From Chara braunii (taxonomy: Eukaryota; Plantae; Charophyceae), in NCBI GenBank assembly GCA_003427395.1, contig BFEA01000040.1, positions 2,120,701-2,184,700 on the forward strand: 64,000 bases of DNA. Direction: 5' to 3'. The first letter of the stretch is position 1. Every line of letters starts with the position of its first letter. A model generated the notes under the pieces. It saw nothing but the letters and a program-made list of their open reading frames with translations. It had not been told where the DNA came from and did not search any database. Both the position numbers and the translations under genes were made by a program. Of the stretch, positions 26,113 to 38,380 are shown one piece after another.

Positions 26113-26914
26113 TTGAACCGTTGAGCGGGTTCAACAAACCTGCCGAAAAAGAACCTGTCTTGTGTCTGTGTGTCAGCATTGGCACGGGTCCCAGCTTCAG
26201 CTAGAAATGGTTGGGCCCCGCCTTCGAGGTCTTGGTCGCCCTTTGGGCTGCCCCACCACGCCCCGCATGGTATATCAGTTTTCCTCCTGCTGCAAGTTGA
26301 CTTCCCCTGGCCTGATACCGACCTTCTCGGGCCCGATGCGCCTCAGTACAGTCTCGCAGGTGTCGTAGAGCCTAGGGACTGCATTCCTTTGCCCCTCCCG
26401 ACACATCAAGACACCTACTCGCCAAACTTAGAAGATGGGAGATGGGGTGTCACTTTGCCCCCCTAGGTGAAACCAGGCCCACAAGGGGGAGTTGTTCGCA
26501 GCCCGTCAGGGGTGCGTTTTATGCCCCTGAGAACATTTTTCATCGTCGTTCATTATACGGTCGTTGGAAGGCTGGAAAAACAAGGCATGGCAGTTTAGGG
26601 GGTGGTGGCATCTTATTTGAAACTGCAGGACCGGTAGCTGCCCGTGGGACCGCACGGGTTTTGGTCCAGGACCGCGTAGGACCAGTAGGAGGCCGAGGGG
26701 GCCGTAGTCCTTTTTCGAAATTGAAACGGTGCGGGTCCACTTTTCTCGAATAGCAGAGTTCCTCGAATAGAAAACATACACTTTGTACAACCTGTACCCT
26801 TTCTATTCGGATTTCCAAAAAAAAAACCTCTTGTATTCCGATAAAATTACTTCTTCTTTTTGTTGGAGGTCAGTGCCTGCCCTTGTGCTCCCTGCCACTG
26901 ACATGCGGCATGCT

Positions 26915-27003
<89 letters not shown>

Positions 27004-27733
27004 GCACACACACACACACACACGCACACACACACATGGTCTCTCTCTCTCTCTCTCACATAGACACACAGTCAGTTGTATGTTCATCTGTTTTCTTGTT
27101 GTTGTCTGTCCTCCCCCTAATCTTTTCTAAGCGTTTTTGCTTGCCCAAACTGAGCACCCTTAAGTAGTGCCAAACAGTCGGTGGTTCCTCGTTTGGAGTG
27201 CCTACTGCATTCTTATGGGGGCCGCTCAGTTCGGGATGTCTGTGTTGCCTGTAGGTGATGATGGATGGTCGTCGGAGTGACTCCCTGGCTCAGTGGGTGG
27301 TGGGAACTAACAGTCTACAGGGTTCAATCGTGATGTGAGTAGGTCATGCGCTGCTTTGCTCCGTGTTGGATATGTGGACTGCCTCGTTTGTGCACCACCG
27401 CCGCCTTGCTAACTGTCCCCCTTGCTTTGCATGTTGTTCTCTGCAAGTTGCTGTGTTCGCTGTGTGGTGTGGCCGTGTTGTCGGCGTTGCCGTATGCTTT
27501 GCTGCTCCGCTGCCTTGCTGCCCATCCGCTGGCCGTGCCTTCCGTGTTTCCGCGCTGCGTGCTATGTCTTTCCTTGCAGTCGTTTTTGGCGTTGTGCAGC
27601 CGTGTTGCCTCTACTGTGCTGCCTGGTGCTCCACAGGGTCGTCGCCCGCTGCTATGTTCCGCTTGGGGACAGTCTGCCTTCAACAAGGGTCAAAGGGTTC
27701 ATGACCCAAACCATCCAATACGGAGATTCCCGC

Positions 27734-27789
27734 AGATTATCGAGGGTTCAGCCTCCTGACGAGTCGGTGCAACTCCGACGAAACAATCT
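27734..27789 (+). ncRNA. Type III hammerhead ribozyme motif (one mismatch in stem III)
   Basis: AGATT-ATC | GAGG-GTTCAG-CCTC | CTGACGA | GTCGG-TGCAACT-CCGAC | GAAA-C-AATCT. Intact CUGANGA and GAAA core with three stems in type III order. Confidence 0.85.
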
Positions 27790-29483
27790 TTCATCATCAG
27801 TTTTTATTTTATTTTTTTCAGGCTCTGAAACTTTAATGGACTTTACTTTTTTCTGATTTGCCTGCCTTTTGTGCTTGTTGTTGTCTGCCGTCCTATATCC
27901 CTCGTGCCCGTTGCTGGCGTGTTGTCTTCCCTCCCTCCTCCCCCATGCCCTCCAGCCTATGTGTTGTCTTGTTGTCTGTGGCCTGTGTGTTTCGTTGTTC
28001 TCCCTTCCTTGCCTTTGGACTCGACTCCACTCAGATGCATATTCTCCTCCTGAAGTGTTGCGATGGTATGGTGCATGGCTTTTACTGTGCAGAAGTGTCC
28101 GCAATATGTGTTCACACACATCATCACACACATCATCACACACATCATCACACACATACACACACACATACACACACACATACACACACATACATTCTCC
28201 TGCCTATTGATGGGGAGCGCCACCTGCTGGAAACTAGGTCCAGCGTCCCATGAACATCATGAATAAAGCACCAACAGGGACCCCACACACACACTCTCTT
28301 CGAGTTGTGTATAGCGAACATGACACTACCTTACCCTTCCCGAACCACATAAACAAAGGAACTACGGACTGTGCACCCGTGCCCTCACGGTAAGTCAATG
28401 GGAATAAGATTGCCCTCACGGTAAGTCAATGGGAATAAGATTCCCACCACGGAGTCCTATAGCCATCCATGCGTGCCATGTCTATCTCTGTATAGACGGA
28501 TGGGTGCCACTGTCTATCTCTGGATAGACGGTCACACAGGTCACACAGGTAGGCAGACAGGTGGTGCTTTTCGCAGCTTTGTGGCTGCAAACACCACATG
28601 TCAACCTCACCTCCCAACTCCTTGTTTTTTTTTTTTACAAAACTATACTCTTCTCTCAATTTTTTTTCCTCACACTACCTACCTACCACTACTCATACTC
28701 CTTGGGCACGGTTCCACTAGCAAACGAGTCATGGACTATTTGGACCTGTGCGACACGAGGAGAAAAGAGAAATAAATAAATTTAAAAGGCATAATGGATT
28801 AAAAGAAATGGTGAGGAGGCTCAGACACTTACTCCAATCGTTTTTGCCGGTGGGATGTTTAGCGGTCTTGGATGGCGGCAAAGCCCTACCATGGGAGAGG
28901 CAAAGAGCATTGGAACAAGTGTCTGAATCTGGACGTTTTCCACGCAGATATGCAGAAAAGTTTCAGTCACAGTTGTTTGCACTTGTCCACAAAAGTGAGC
29001 AGGTTCAGACACTTATTCCAATCGTTTTTGCCAGTGGGATCTTGAGTCATCCAATCGTCTTGGATGTTTAGCCGTCTTGGATGGCGGCAACGCCCAACCA
29101 TGGGAGATGAGCGAGTCCCTTAGTGTGCCCCACGGGACTGCCTAGTGAGGAACGACTTAAGAGTACTTGATTTTTTTTTTTGTTTTGGACAACCACCAAT
29201 CAAAAACAGACTTGCTATTTCTTTTCCCCACATCCTGTTATTCAACAAAAAAAACAACAACAAGAAGCACAAATTTTAAATATACAAACATCTTTATTTT
29301 GCTACCCTCGGATTTCGATGCAGCAACGGCTGGCGGATGTCCCACAGACGTCCCACAGAAGGGCCTCATATGAATCTAGCCACTGAGTGTACCTATCCTG
29401 CCCCCAGGCCCATGATCTACGGACTGACAGTCTCTCAAGAATACAGATCAGAAAATGAGTGAGGAAAAATGTGGAGAGAGATA

Positions 29484-30470
29484 GCCCTTCGCTCCGCTAC
29501 TCTCGAAATGTGCAAAACGAGAATGAATCTTCTGCTAGAACATGGCAAGATACACCGCCATGATTTTTGTCTTTTGTGCTTGCCGAGAGTAGTGGAGCAA
29601 CGCCCATACCGTATACCCTAGAGATTGTTTTTATCACATTTGCACAGTGGCGGGGCAGAAGGGACCAAAGCGCATCTGAAGGCCCATCGGCGGCGCGCCT
29701 TTTTTTTTCTTTTCTTTTTTCTTTTTTTTGCTTTTTTCTTTTTTCTCCGTCGCCTCCAAGGGAAATTTTATTACTTTGACGGAATGAAACGTGGTTGGCG
29801 CCGAACCTCGCCCCGAGGCAAGGAAAAAAAAAGAAAAAAAGGAAAAGAAAAAAAAAGAAAAAAAAGAAAAAAGAGAAAGCTCCGAGGCAGATGTCCATTC
29901 CGAACGTGGTTGTGAGGGCCACGTGTAAGTGAGGGGCTCGCTCCAGTACTCACGACGTGCACAAAAAAACAATAAATATGGCGGTGTATCTTTCCATGTT
30001 CTACGGGAAAGTTCGCTATCATTCTGCACATTTGGTGAAGGGTGAAGCCAGGCCATTACCGCTCTCGACATGCACAAAAGACAAAAATCATTGCGATGTA
30101 TCTTTCCATTGTTTTAGCGGAAGATTCACTCTCGTTTGGCACATTTTTATGAGAGAAGAATATAGCTTACTAAAACAAAAAAAATAAAATGAGTAGTGGA
30201 TCGAGGCCCCTACGCTCCTACCACAGCAGCGCGCAGTGCGGCGGCGCGTACTAAGGCATCATCAAATCCCAAAAAAAAAAAAAAAAAAAAAGGCATCATC
30301 CGTTACAGGCCCTCACACACATAGGGCCGGCGCCACAGCGCTCCACAACTCTCGTCTCGAAATGTGTGTGCAAAATGAGAGTGAATCTCTAGCCAGAACA
30401 TGGAAAGATACACCGCCATGTGATTTTTTTGTCTTTTGTGCATGTCGACAGTAATGGCGCGAGGCCCATA
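29484..30470. mobile_element. Cluster of short MITEs with GGGCGTCGCTCCACTAC-like termini (PIF/Harbinger-like)
   Basis: Repeated ~125-bp unit (AAATGTGCAAAA.GAGA.TGAA...AACATGG.AAGATACACCGCC) in both orientations; relatives at 38540-38690, 45693-46123 and 62832-62946. Confidence 0.7.
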
Positions 30471-30680
30471 CCTCCATGTCTCCGCGATGGCGACCAGGTC
30501 TCCGCGATGGCGACCAGGTTCGTCGAACTGCGGGTGCAGAGACAAGAGTTTTTTTTTTTTTCCTTTTGGGGAAAAGAGAGGAAGACAAGAGTTCGAATCC
30601 CGCTTTGCTCTGAGTTTGTTTTTTTTTCTGAAAAGGGCAACGGTAATTCAGTAAGTTGTTATTGTGTTAAACTGACTTAC

Positions 30681-30736
30681 TGCACCTGGACTTGAACACG
30701 GGTTCTATTGGGTTTACCAGCTGCGCTATAGGCCCG
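30681..30736 (-). mobile_element. tRNA-derived SINE-head-like remnant (Pol III A and B boxes)
   Basis: Minus strand GGGCCTATAGCGCAGCTGGTAA...GTGTTCAAGTCC; too short for a full cloverleaf. Confidence 0.45.
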
Positions 30737-31448
30737 TTGGTGATGAACTCCGAGTTACTGACCTCGGTCAAATCTGATTTACTGGCCCCGGTTAAATCTG
30801 TTACTGACCTCGGTTAATCTGAGTTACTTAAAAAAATAAAAAAAATAAAAAAAATCTGAGTTACTTACGTGGGGCAGGTCAGTTCGATGATGACACCTCA
30901 GGGCCGCCGCCCTTTTCTCTCCTCTTTTTTTCAGGAGCGGATTTGCTGTCCGGCTGGATAACTACGTAGTCTACACAACATTATAAATGTTCGTAGGCTC
31001 GTAAATGGTCCCGATACGTTCAAAATGTCGAATCAGTCTCAATGTATGGAGTCCTCATTGCTGGCCAGGTACACGTAGGATGTTTTGAACTGGGAGCCTC
31101 ATATCTTTCACCACAAATTCTCGCGATCGGACGGCAAAATTTCAGAGATTTTTCCTATTGTGGTCCCACCTTGGCGATGCGTTTTTTTATTTTATTGTAT
31201 TTTATTTTATTTTATTCTATTTGGGCTCAGCGGGGCTACACGCGAGTAGCAGATTGGCGTTGTTGCGGTCAGGAAACGGCTTGCTCTCTCTTTCTCGCGT
31301 CGCGATGCGGATGAATCTGCCTACGAATACTGGCCAGATGCAAGGCAAATTGTCATCACATCTAGCGAGCGGTGGAGCGAGGCCGGGGCCAACCAAAGTG
31401 CGGCGGAGCTGCACGAACGAGCTCTGCGTGGGCGGGGTGGGAGAGAGT

Positions 31449-31502
<54 letters not shown>

Positions 31503-31597
31503 CATCACACACACAGTGCTTCGTCCGCGGCGCGGTCCTCTTAGAGGACCGAAGTGCACGGCCGTCTTTTTTTTTTTTAATTACTGTTGTTGCTGCG

Positions 31598-32950
31598 CAC
31601 GTGGCTCCGTTTTGTCGAGCTGTCGCGCCGCCACGGTGGCAGGGTAAAGGAGGCGGAAAATACACGTCAGCAAGTTGAGTCGAACAGCAACACGTCATCA
31701 CGGCGGGAAGGGAACACGTCAGCAAGCCGGGAAAGAAGCTCCACGTGGCGGCCAGAGAGGCGCGGCCGCCGGAACGGGAGCTATGTGATCTCTCTGCCGC
31801 CACGTGTACGCAGCTGCCGCTGAAACGTGAGCGTGGGGTATACAAACTGGGAGAGGGAGTGATCTCTCTGCCGCTGCCACGTGTACGCAGCTGCTGCTGA
31901 AACGTATAACCGTGGCCTATACACAGTGGGGTAGGATAGGCAACTAGCTTGCGCGCCAATTCAGGGGTACGACACGAAGAAGAGGAAGAGAGGCGGCGCA
32001 GGCGCAAGGGGGGAAGGGGGCCCAGATTGGGTTCATTGCGGGAGAAAGGGAGGTGGCGACAGGTTAGGGTGATTTGAGCGAGAGCGTAGAGACCGCTCAC
32101 ACCTGTCTACTCTTGATCCGATCGAGCAACGAGTAGTCTCGTGCGGACACGTGGACGTAATCTGATGCGTTAGCATTGCATACACGTGGCAGTCTTTCCG
32201 GCGGGTTTATTTTTGCTGTACTTATCGCGGCAGGCTTATCCGTCTATTGGCACTACTGCTCGTCCAGTAATTGACTTGGCTGATTGGTCTTAGGGGACTA
32301 ATTAGGGGACTGATTAGGGGACTAATTGGTTTGTTATCTCTGCATTCCTCTTGCGACGTGGGGGTGTCATCTCTCTTCGAAATCTACGGCTGATGCGAGT
32401 GCAGTAGTCAGGAAGGGTGGGGCGGAGGGAGGGAAGAGAAGGGGGAAAGAGAGAGAGGAGGGGAGAAGGGTAGGTGGTCTTCGGCCCAGGGATCGTAGGG
32501 TATGTTGCGTTCACACGACTACCGAAAGGACTCTACATGGATTGAATGAATCTGGACGTAAACGCGACATTCAGGGGACGTCTACTGTGAATACGCGCAG
32601 AGCAAAAAACAGACTGGTAGGGGACATCAGCCCCCGGGGTTGGCCCGGCGGGGCGTGGTGTGGGGCGCCAGAATCCGTCGTTGCGTTCACACGACTACCG
32701 ACGAAAGGGGTGTGCTCTGTTGCGCGCATACCCCCACACCACACGGCGGGAAGGCCTCTCTCTCCGAAGATCCCCTCCTCTCTTTCTCTCTCTCTCTCCG
32801 TTGGGCGTCTCTCTGCGCATTTCTGCGCGCCTGTCCCGCTGGCCAGCGCGGCCCATTAGCGGAGACGGACCGCGAGCGCCTGCGCGCGCTTTGTTCACGT
32901 GGCGAGTGAGCGGTAGACCAAGGACCGCCCACACGGAAGCAGCCACGTGG
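31598..32950. promoter_or_regulatory. Cluster of eight G-box (CACGTG) / ABRE-like motifs upstream of TIM17
   Basis: CACGTG at 31598, 31742, 31801, 31878, 32148, 32183, 32896 and 32944; four are followed by GC (ACGTGGC). Confidence 0.45.
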
Positions 32951-33156
32951 TCAAAAGCAGAGTGCTGGTCGGCGATCAACCAGCGTGCGTCTGGTCGTGT
33001 ATGCGTATAATATCCGAATGTGCATTTTCAGCTGATCGTATACGTTTTAGGGCTATTAAGAAGAACGGACGCCCTTGAAGGCGCAGACAAGGTCATGGCA
33101 ACGGACGTGTGCAGTTTTCGAGAAGCAGCTTCTGTCGCGTGGGGTTCAGCTCGCAG

Positions 33157-33232
<76 letters not shown>

Positions 33233-33731
33233 AACGAACAGGCTGGTCGCAATGCGAAAGGAGAGGAGGTGATTGATTTCGATTCCACTTTCCTCGGGTG
33301 AGTGGATCTGATTAGTTGATCTAGATGATGCCGACCAAGGATCTGATTAGTTTGACTACGACAGTTTGATTGTCCTCCAATGATTGGTCAACGAAGTTAA
33401 TCTTTTGGAATCCTTTCCTTCCCTAACGCAACGGAATTCGTTTGTAAGCGGGGGGGGAGAGGGGGGGGGGGGAAAGAAGCCCCCGGGGGGGGGGGCGGCG
33501 GGGGCGGTAGCGGAGCGGAGACGCGCGGGGGGAATATATTTTCAACGCTGTCGTGTTAAGTCGTACGGAGCAAATCTTCTTGACCTGAAGGAGGTGCGGT
33601 TGTGGATTGATTGGTTGATTGGTGGAAAATACCAATCAATCAATCAATCAATCAATCATTGTTGTGATCGGTGGGGAGGAAGTAAGCAATCAATCGAACA
33701 ATCAATCACCGATCGATCACAAGCGCGAGCG

Positions 33732-34679
33732 ATGTCGGGGGTCGATCACGGTCGTGACCCCTGTCCCGATCGCATCCTGGATGACATCGGGACGGCCTTC
33801 AGTATGGGTGTGTTGGGCGGCTCCGCGTGGCATTTCTTGAGAGGCATGAAGAACTCGCCACGTGGCGAGCGATTCGGCGGCGGCGTGTCGGCTGTTCGCA
33901 TGAATGCCCCTCGAATTGGGGGTAGTTTTGCAAATTGGGGGGCGCTGTTTGCGAGCTTCGACTGCACTCTCGTTTATCTGAGGAAGAAGGAGGATCCGTG
34001 GAACGCAATAGCAGCGGGCGCAGCGGCGGGGGCTTCCCTACAGCTGCGCCAAGGACTCAAGTCCGCAGGCAAAGCCGCGGTAATGGGCGGGGCCATCCTC
34101 GCGCTCATTGAGGGGACCGGCATCCTTCTTAACAGGTTGTTGTCCCAACTGCCGCCGCCAGAGGAGCAGATGGGGCAGCAGGTGCCCCCGGCCGGGGTCG
34201 GGATGGGAGCGCCGATGTACTCCCCAGGCCCAGCTCTGTCGGGAGGGGCCCCGATTCCAGGATACGCTGCGGCGGGAGTAGGAGGAGGAGGCGGCGGCGG
34301 TATTCCGGCAACGTCAGGGCTGCCCTCCATGGCCAGCGCAAGCGCAAGCGCGGGAACGATTGGCGGGAACAGCAATTTGTATGGCGCGAGTGAGATTCAA
34401 TTGGATGGCGCGGGGAACTCCTCCTCCTCCTCCTCGTCTTTCCCCTCTTCGTCTGCGAGCGGTGCGTCTTCGTCGTCATCGGGGTCCAGTAAGAAGAGCG
34501 GGTCGTGGCTAGGGGGATGGCTCGGCGGAGGCTCGGCGGGAACGAAAGAGGGTGATGCTATGGTGAGCGGGAGTGGTACCTCTTCGTCCGGCGATCGAGG
34601 GATTGGTGGGTTCGATGTCAACTCGTCCCCCCCTATACCTCATTTCGGCTCGGGTACAGATAACTATAGTTTTAAATAG
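33732..34679 (+). CDS. TIM17: Mitochondrial import inner membrane translocase subunit Tim17, plant type with C-terminal extension, 315 aa
   Basis: DHGRDPCPDRILDDIGTAFSMG...NSPRGERFGG...APRIGGSFANWG.LF..FDC...RKKEDPWNAIAAGA...GGAILALIEG.GI are Tim17 signature motifs. G/S/P-rich tail contains SWLGGWLGG. No intron in the CDS. Confidence 0.96.
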   Translation: MSGVDHGRDPCPDRILDDIGTAFSMGVLGGSAWHFLRGMKNSPRGERFGGGVSAVRMNAPRIGGSFANWGALFASFDCTLVYLRKKEDPWNAIAAGAAAGASLQLRQGLKSAGKAAVMGGAILALIEGTGILLNRLLSQLPPPEEQMGQQVPPAGVGMGAPMYSPGPALSGGAPIPGYAAAGVGGGGGGGIPATSGLPSMASASASAGTIGGNSNLYGASEIQLDGAGNSSSSSSSFPSSSASGASSSSSGSSKKSGSWLGGWLGGGSAGTKEGDAMVSGSGTSSSGDRGIGGFDVNSSPPIPHFGSGTDNYSFK

Positions 34680-34919
34680 TCGAGTGTGTGTGTCAGTCAG
34701 ATTTGAGGTTGATTTCAACGTTTTCAGAGATGGGAGCGGGAGTAGTTGGGGGGGGGAAGGCGAGGCGATTCGTGCTCGTCCGCCTGAGTTGGTTCTCTGT
34801 TTTTATCAGTCGCTTCTGGCGTCCGCATGCGGCTAGCTTTGACGAATGGGTACATTTCTGGAGTAAGAGTCGAGGGAGGAGGTTTGTCTCTGCATGTCTT
34901 TGTGTGTTTGTGTGTGTGC

Positions 34920-34962
<43 letters not shown>

Positions 34963-35599
34963 NNNNNNNNNNNNNNNNNNNNNNNNNNNNNNNNNNNNNN
35001 NNNNNNNNNNNNNNNNNNNNNNNNNNNNNNNNNNNNNNNNNNNNNNNNNNNNNNNNNNNNNNNNNNNNNNNNNNNNNNNNNNNNNNNNNNNNNNNNNNNN
35101 NNNNNNNNNNNNNNNNNNNNNNNNNNNNNNNNNNNNNNNNNNNNNNNNNNNNNNNNNNNNNNNNNNNNNNNNNNNNNNNNNNNNNNNNNNNNNNNNNNNN
35201 NNNNNNNNNNNNNNNNNNNNNNNNNNNNNNNNNNNNNNNNNNNNNNNNNNNNNNNNNNNNNNNNNNNNNNNNNNNNNNNNNNNNNNNNNNNNNNNNNNNN
35301 NNNNNNNNNNNNNNNNNNNNNNNNNNNNNNNNNNNNNNNNNNNNNNNNNNNNNNNNNNNNNNNNNNNNNGGGGGTTACGGGAGGGGAGGTTCGAGGTCAA
35401 GGAGGGGAGGGAGTATACTGTCTTCTGTTTTGTATTGACCTTTATAATTCAGGAAAAAATGCTGATGTCCCGATTTTCTGATTGTGTGGCTCTGGCTTTC
35501 TCTTGTTGCTAGTTGAACGCGAGGGGCGAGGGTTCAGGAAGGACGAGGGTTCTGAGTGACTGCATGTGATTTATCTCGGTCGTTGTGGAACACGAGGGA

Positions 35600-36834
35600 G
35601 CGAAGGGTAAAAAGAAGAGGAGGAGGAAGAAGAGGAGGAAGAAGAGGAGGAGGAAGAAGAGGAGGAAGAAGAGGAGGAGGAAGGGTGGTAAAGAGAGGGA
35701 TGAGCAAAGCGAGGAAGGAGGACTGCGGTGATGTCGAATAGGAGGTGGATGAATGGGGGAACTAAAGAATGGAGGGGGAGGGGGAGGGGGAGACGGTGGG
35801 AGAGGAGAGGGAGGGTGAAGATGGTGCAGAGGAGGTGGAAGAGGAGGTGGAAGAGGAGGTGGAAGACGAGGGAAAGGATTTCGATGCAGAGGAGAGAGAG
35901 TGGAAACGGCAAAGGATCGTTGAGAGGAGTGAAGATGGACTGAGAGGAGTGAAGATGGACTGAGAGGAGTGAAGATGGACTGAGAGGAGTGAAGATGGAC
36001 TGAGAGGAGGAAGAGGAGGAAGAAGAGGAGAGGAAGAGGAGGAGGAGGAGGAGAAGGAGGAGCGAAGGAAGAAGATTGTGGAGACGTCAGAGAGATCAAG
36101 GTTGCGAAGAGAGGAAGAGGAGAGGAAGAAGAGAGGAGAGGAGAGAGTGTTATGGAAAGAGAGAGGGAGGGAAGTTTGGGAAGTTCAGAATAGTAGAGGA
36201 GAGTTTTAGGAGGAGATCAAGGAAGGTAGGTGGTTTACTGAAAAACTGGTCGGCGTAATGATGACCCCTCAGATTGGTCCCCCTCTTTTCAAATTGAAAA
36301 CGAAATGCCGATATCCCCCGCCAGGGGGGGCGCGGGGAGGGGTCTGAAGAAGCCATGGAAGAGGACCGAAGTTCCAGAGAAGGAGAGAATCTGGATGTGG
36401 AGAGAAAGGGGAAAGCGATGGTGGGGTAAAGAATGGGAGGAGGAGGAGGAGGAGGAGGTGGAAGTGGAAGGAAGGGGAGGAAGAGGAGGAAGAGGAGAAG
36501 GGGGGAGGAAGCCGGGGGTTCAATAACCGGCCAAGGAGGAGGAGGAGGAGAAGGAGGAGGTGTTGGAAGATGAATAACGGGAGGAAGAGGACGGGGTGAT
36601 GCAGCCGAAGGGTGAATATTCAGCCAAGGAGGTGGAGGGGGAGGGAGGGGGGGAGGAGGAAGGAGGAGGTGGAAGGAGGTTAAGAATAGGACGAAGATGA
36701 AGAGGGGATGAAGCCGAGGGTTGAGAGGAGGAGAGAAGTTCGATTGACCAGCGAGGAGGGCGGCCGAGGTTCCATTTTCCTCGTTCGATGGTGTTCACTT
36801 CCTCTCCTTCCTTCCCCTCCTCTCATTTCTCCCC

Positions 36835-36898
<64 letters not shown>

Positions 36899-36900
36899 TG
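35600..36900. repeat. Purine-rich low-complexity region: (GAG/GAA)n, 20-bp tandem repeat and poly-C tract
   Basis: TGAGAGGAGTGAAGATGGAC x4 at 35921-36000; C-run at 36837-36898. Confidence 0.9.
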
Positions 36901-36965
36901 CTCCCCCTTTGCTCTCCTTGTGTTCTCTTCATCACTATCTTTCTATGTGGAAAATCGTACTACGC

Positions 36966-37095
36966 TGTTTTCCTAATGTGGAATAACCTTGTGCACCTGT
37001 TTTCCAAATGTGGAATAACCTTGTGCACCTATTTTCCAAATGTGGAATAAGCTTGTGAACCTGTTTTGTACCCTTTTTCCTAATGTGGAATAAAC
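36966..37095. repeat. 32-bp tandem repeat
   Basis: AATGTGGAATAACCTTGTGCACCTGTTTTCCA, about 3.5 copies. Confidence 0.9.
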
Positions 37096-37914
37096 TTAAT
37101 GTGAAAAATGCGTTTAGAGAGGAAGGGGGAGAGGTTATCGACAAACGACAAACCAAAAATTCTGGAAAAATGTTTGTAGAAGAGGAAGGGCATGATTGAA
37201 GAGGAGGAGGAGGAGGAGGAGGAGGAGGAGGGTATGGTGCTCTCACAGTCCCAGTTGGTCTTCCCCCGGCTACCGTCTTCCGCGAACATAACGTATCCTG
37301 ATAGTGATGATGAATGTATAAAGGCTATCTTTCCGGTCATGAACAGCCATAATGAGGATGCGTTATGTTCGAGGGAAGACGGTAGCACTTTTCCGCTCAG
37401 CCTTTCGTTCGGGTCTCGAGTCAGTGGGTAGGGCGCTGAAGGGTTCAGTTCTTTTTCTCTCGCCTGCCTTTCCTCCCCTATCCTTTCTTTCCCCCTTTTC
37501 CACTACCCCTTTTCTCTCCATTGCTCTCTTCCTCTCTCTCCTTTTCTCTGCTTCTCTCCCTCTCTCTCCTTTTCTCTGCCTCTCCCTTTCTCTCCTTCCG
37601 TTTTTCTCCCCTTCTCTCTGCCTTTCCCTCTCTCCCCTTCTTTCTCCCTTTCTCTCTGCCTCTCTCTCTCCCTTTGTCTCTTCCTTCATCCCTTGTCTGC
37701 CATTGTGTTCTCTAGTTGGTCTCCTCGGTTTGCGTTCTCACCTTTTCTCTTCTATCTCGCTTGGCTCTCGTGCTTCTTTCTCTCTCTCTGTTGCTGTGTT
37801 TTCTCTCTTCGACTCTCTCTGCAGCTCTCTTTCCTTCTCGTTTGTATCTCTCGTTTTCTCTGTCTTTCTCTGGTATTCATGTCATCGTTCTTTCCCTCTC
37901 TGTGTCTCGTTCGA

Positions 37915-38058
37915 TGAATGAATGAATGAATCAACCAACCACGCGCTCACGCACTCACTCAATCAGTCACCCAATCAACCAACCACTCACCCTGGTAACC
38001 AACCACTCACGCTATCAATCAATCAACACATCAACCAACCAACCAACTACGCAACCCC

Positions 38059-38095
<37 letters not shown>

Positions 38096-38380
38096 CGAAT
38101 CAATCAATCATATCAACCACTTACTCGATTAATCAATTAATCAATCAATCAATCAAGCATTGGAACCACTCAATCAATCCATCAATCAGTCAATCATTAA
38201 TTAATCAATCGATCAATCAATCATTGGAATCAATCAATCAATCATTGGAATCAATCATATCAACCACTCACTCAATTCATCAATCAATCAATCAATCAAT
38301 CAATCTATCAATCAATCAAGCATTGGAACCACTCAATCAATCCATCAATCAGTCGATCATTAATTAATCAATCAATCATT
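37915..38380. repeat. Degenerate (AATC)n satellite
   Basis: Directly visible; a shorter tract lies just upstream of the TIM17 ATG (33630-33720). Confidence 0.9.

Noticed and set aside
33384-33731. N-terminal 116 aa of the 431-aa ORF
   Set aside because: Starts at a non-ATG codon and runs through G-tracts and (AATC)n. Tim17 similarity begins at the ATG at 33732.
35509-37934. Protein-coding ORFs in the purine/pyrimidine tracts
   Set aside because: Open frames result from low complexity. The same applies to ORFs across microsatellites and N gaps.
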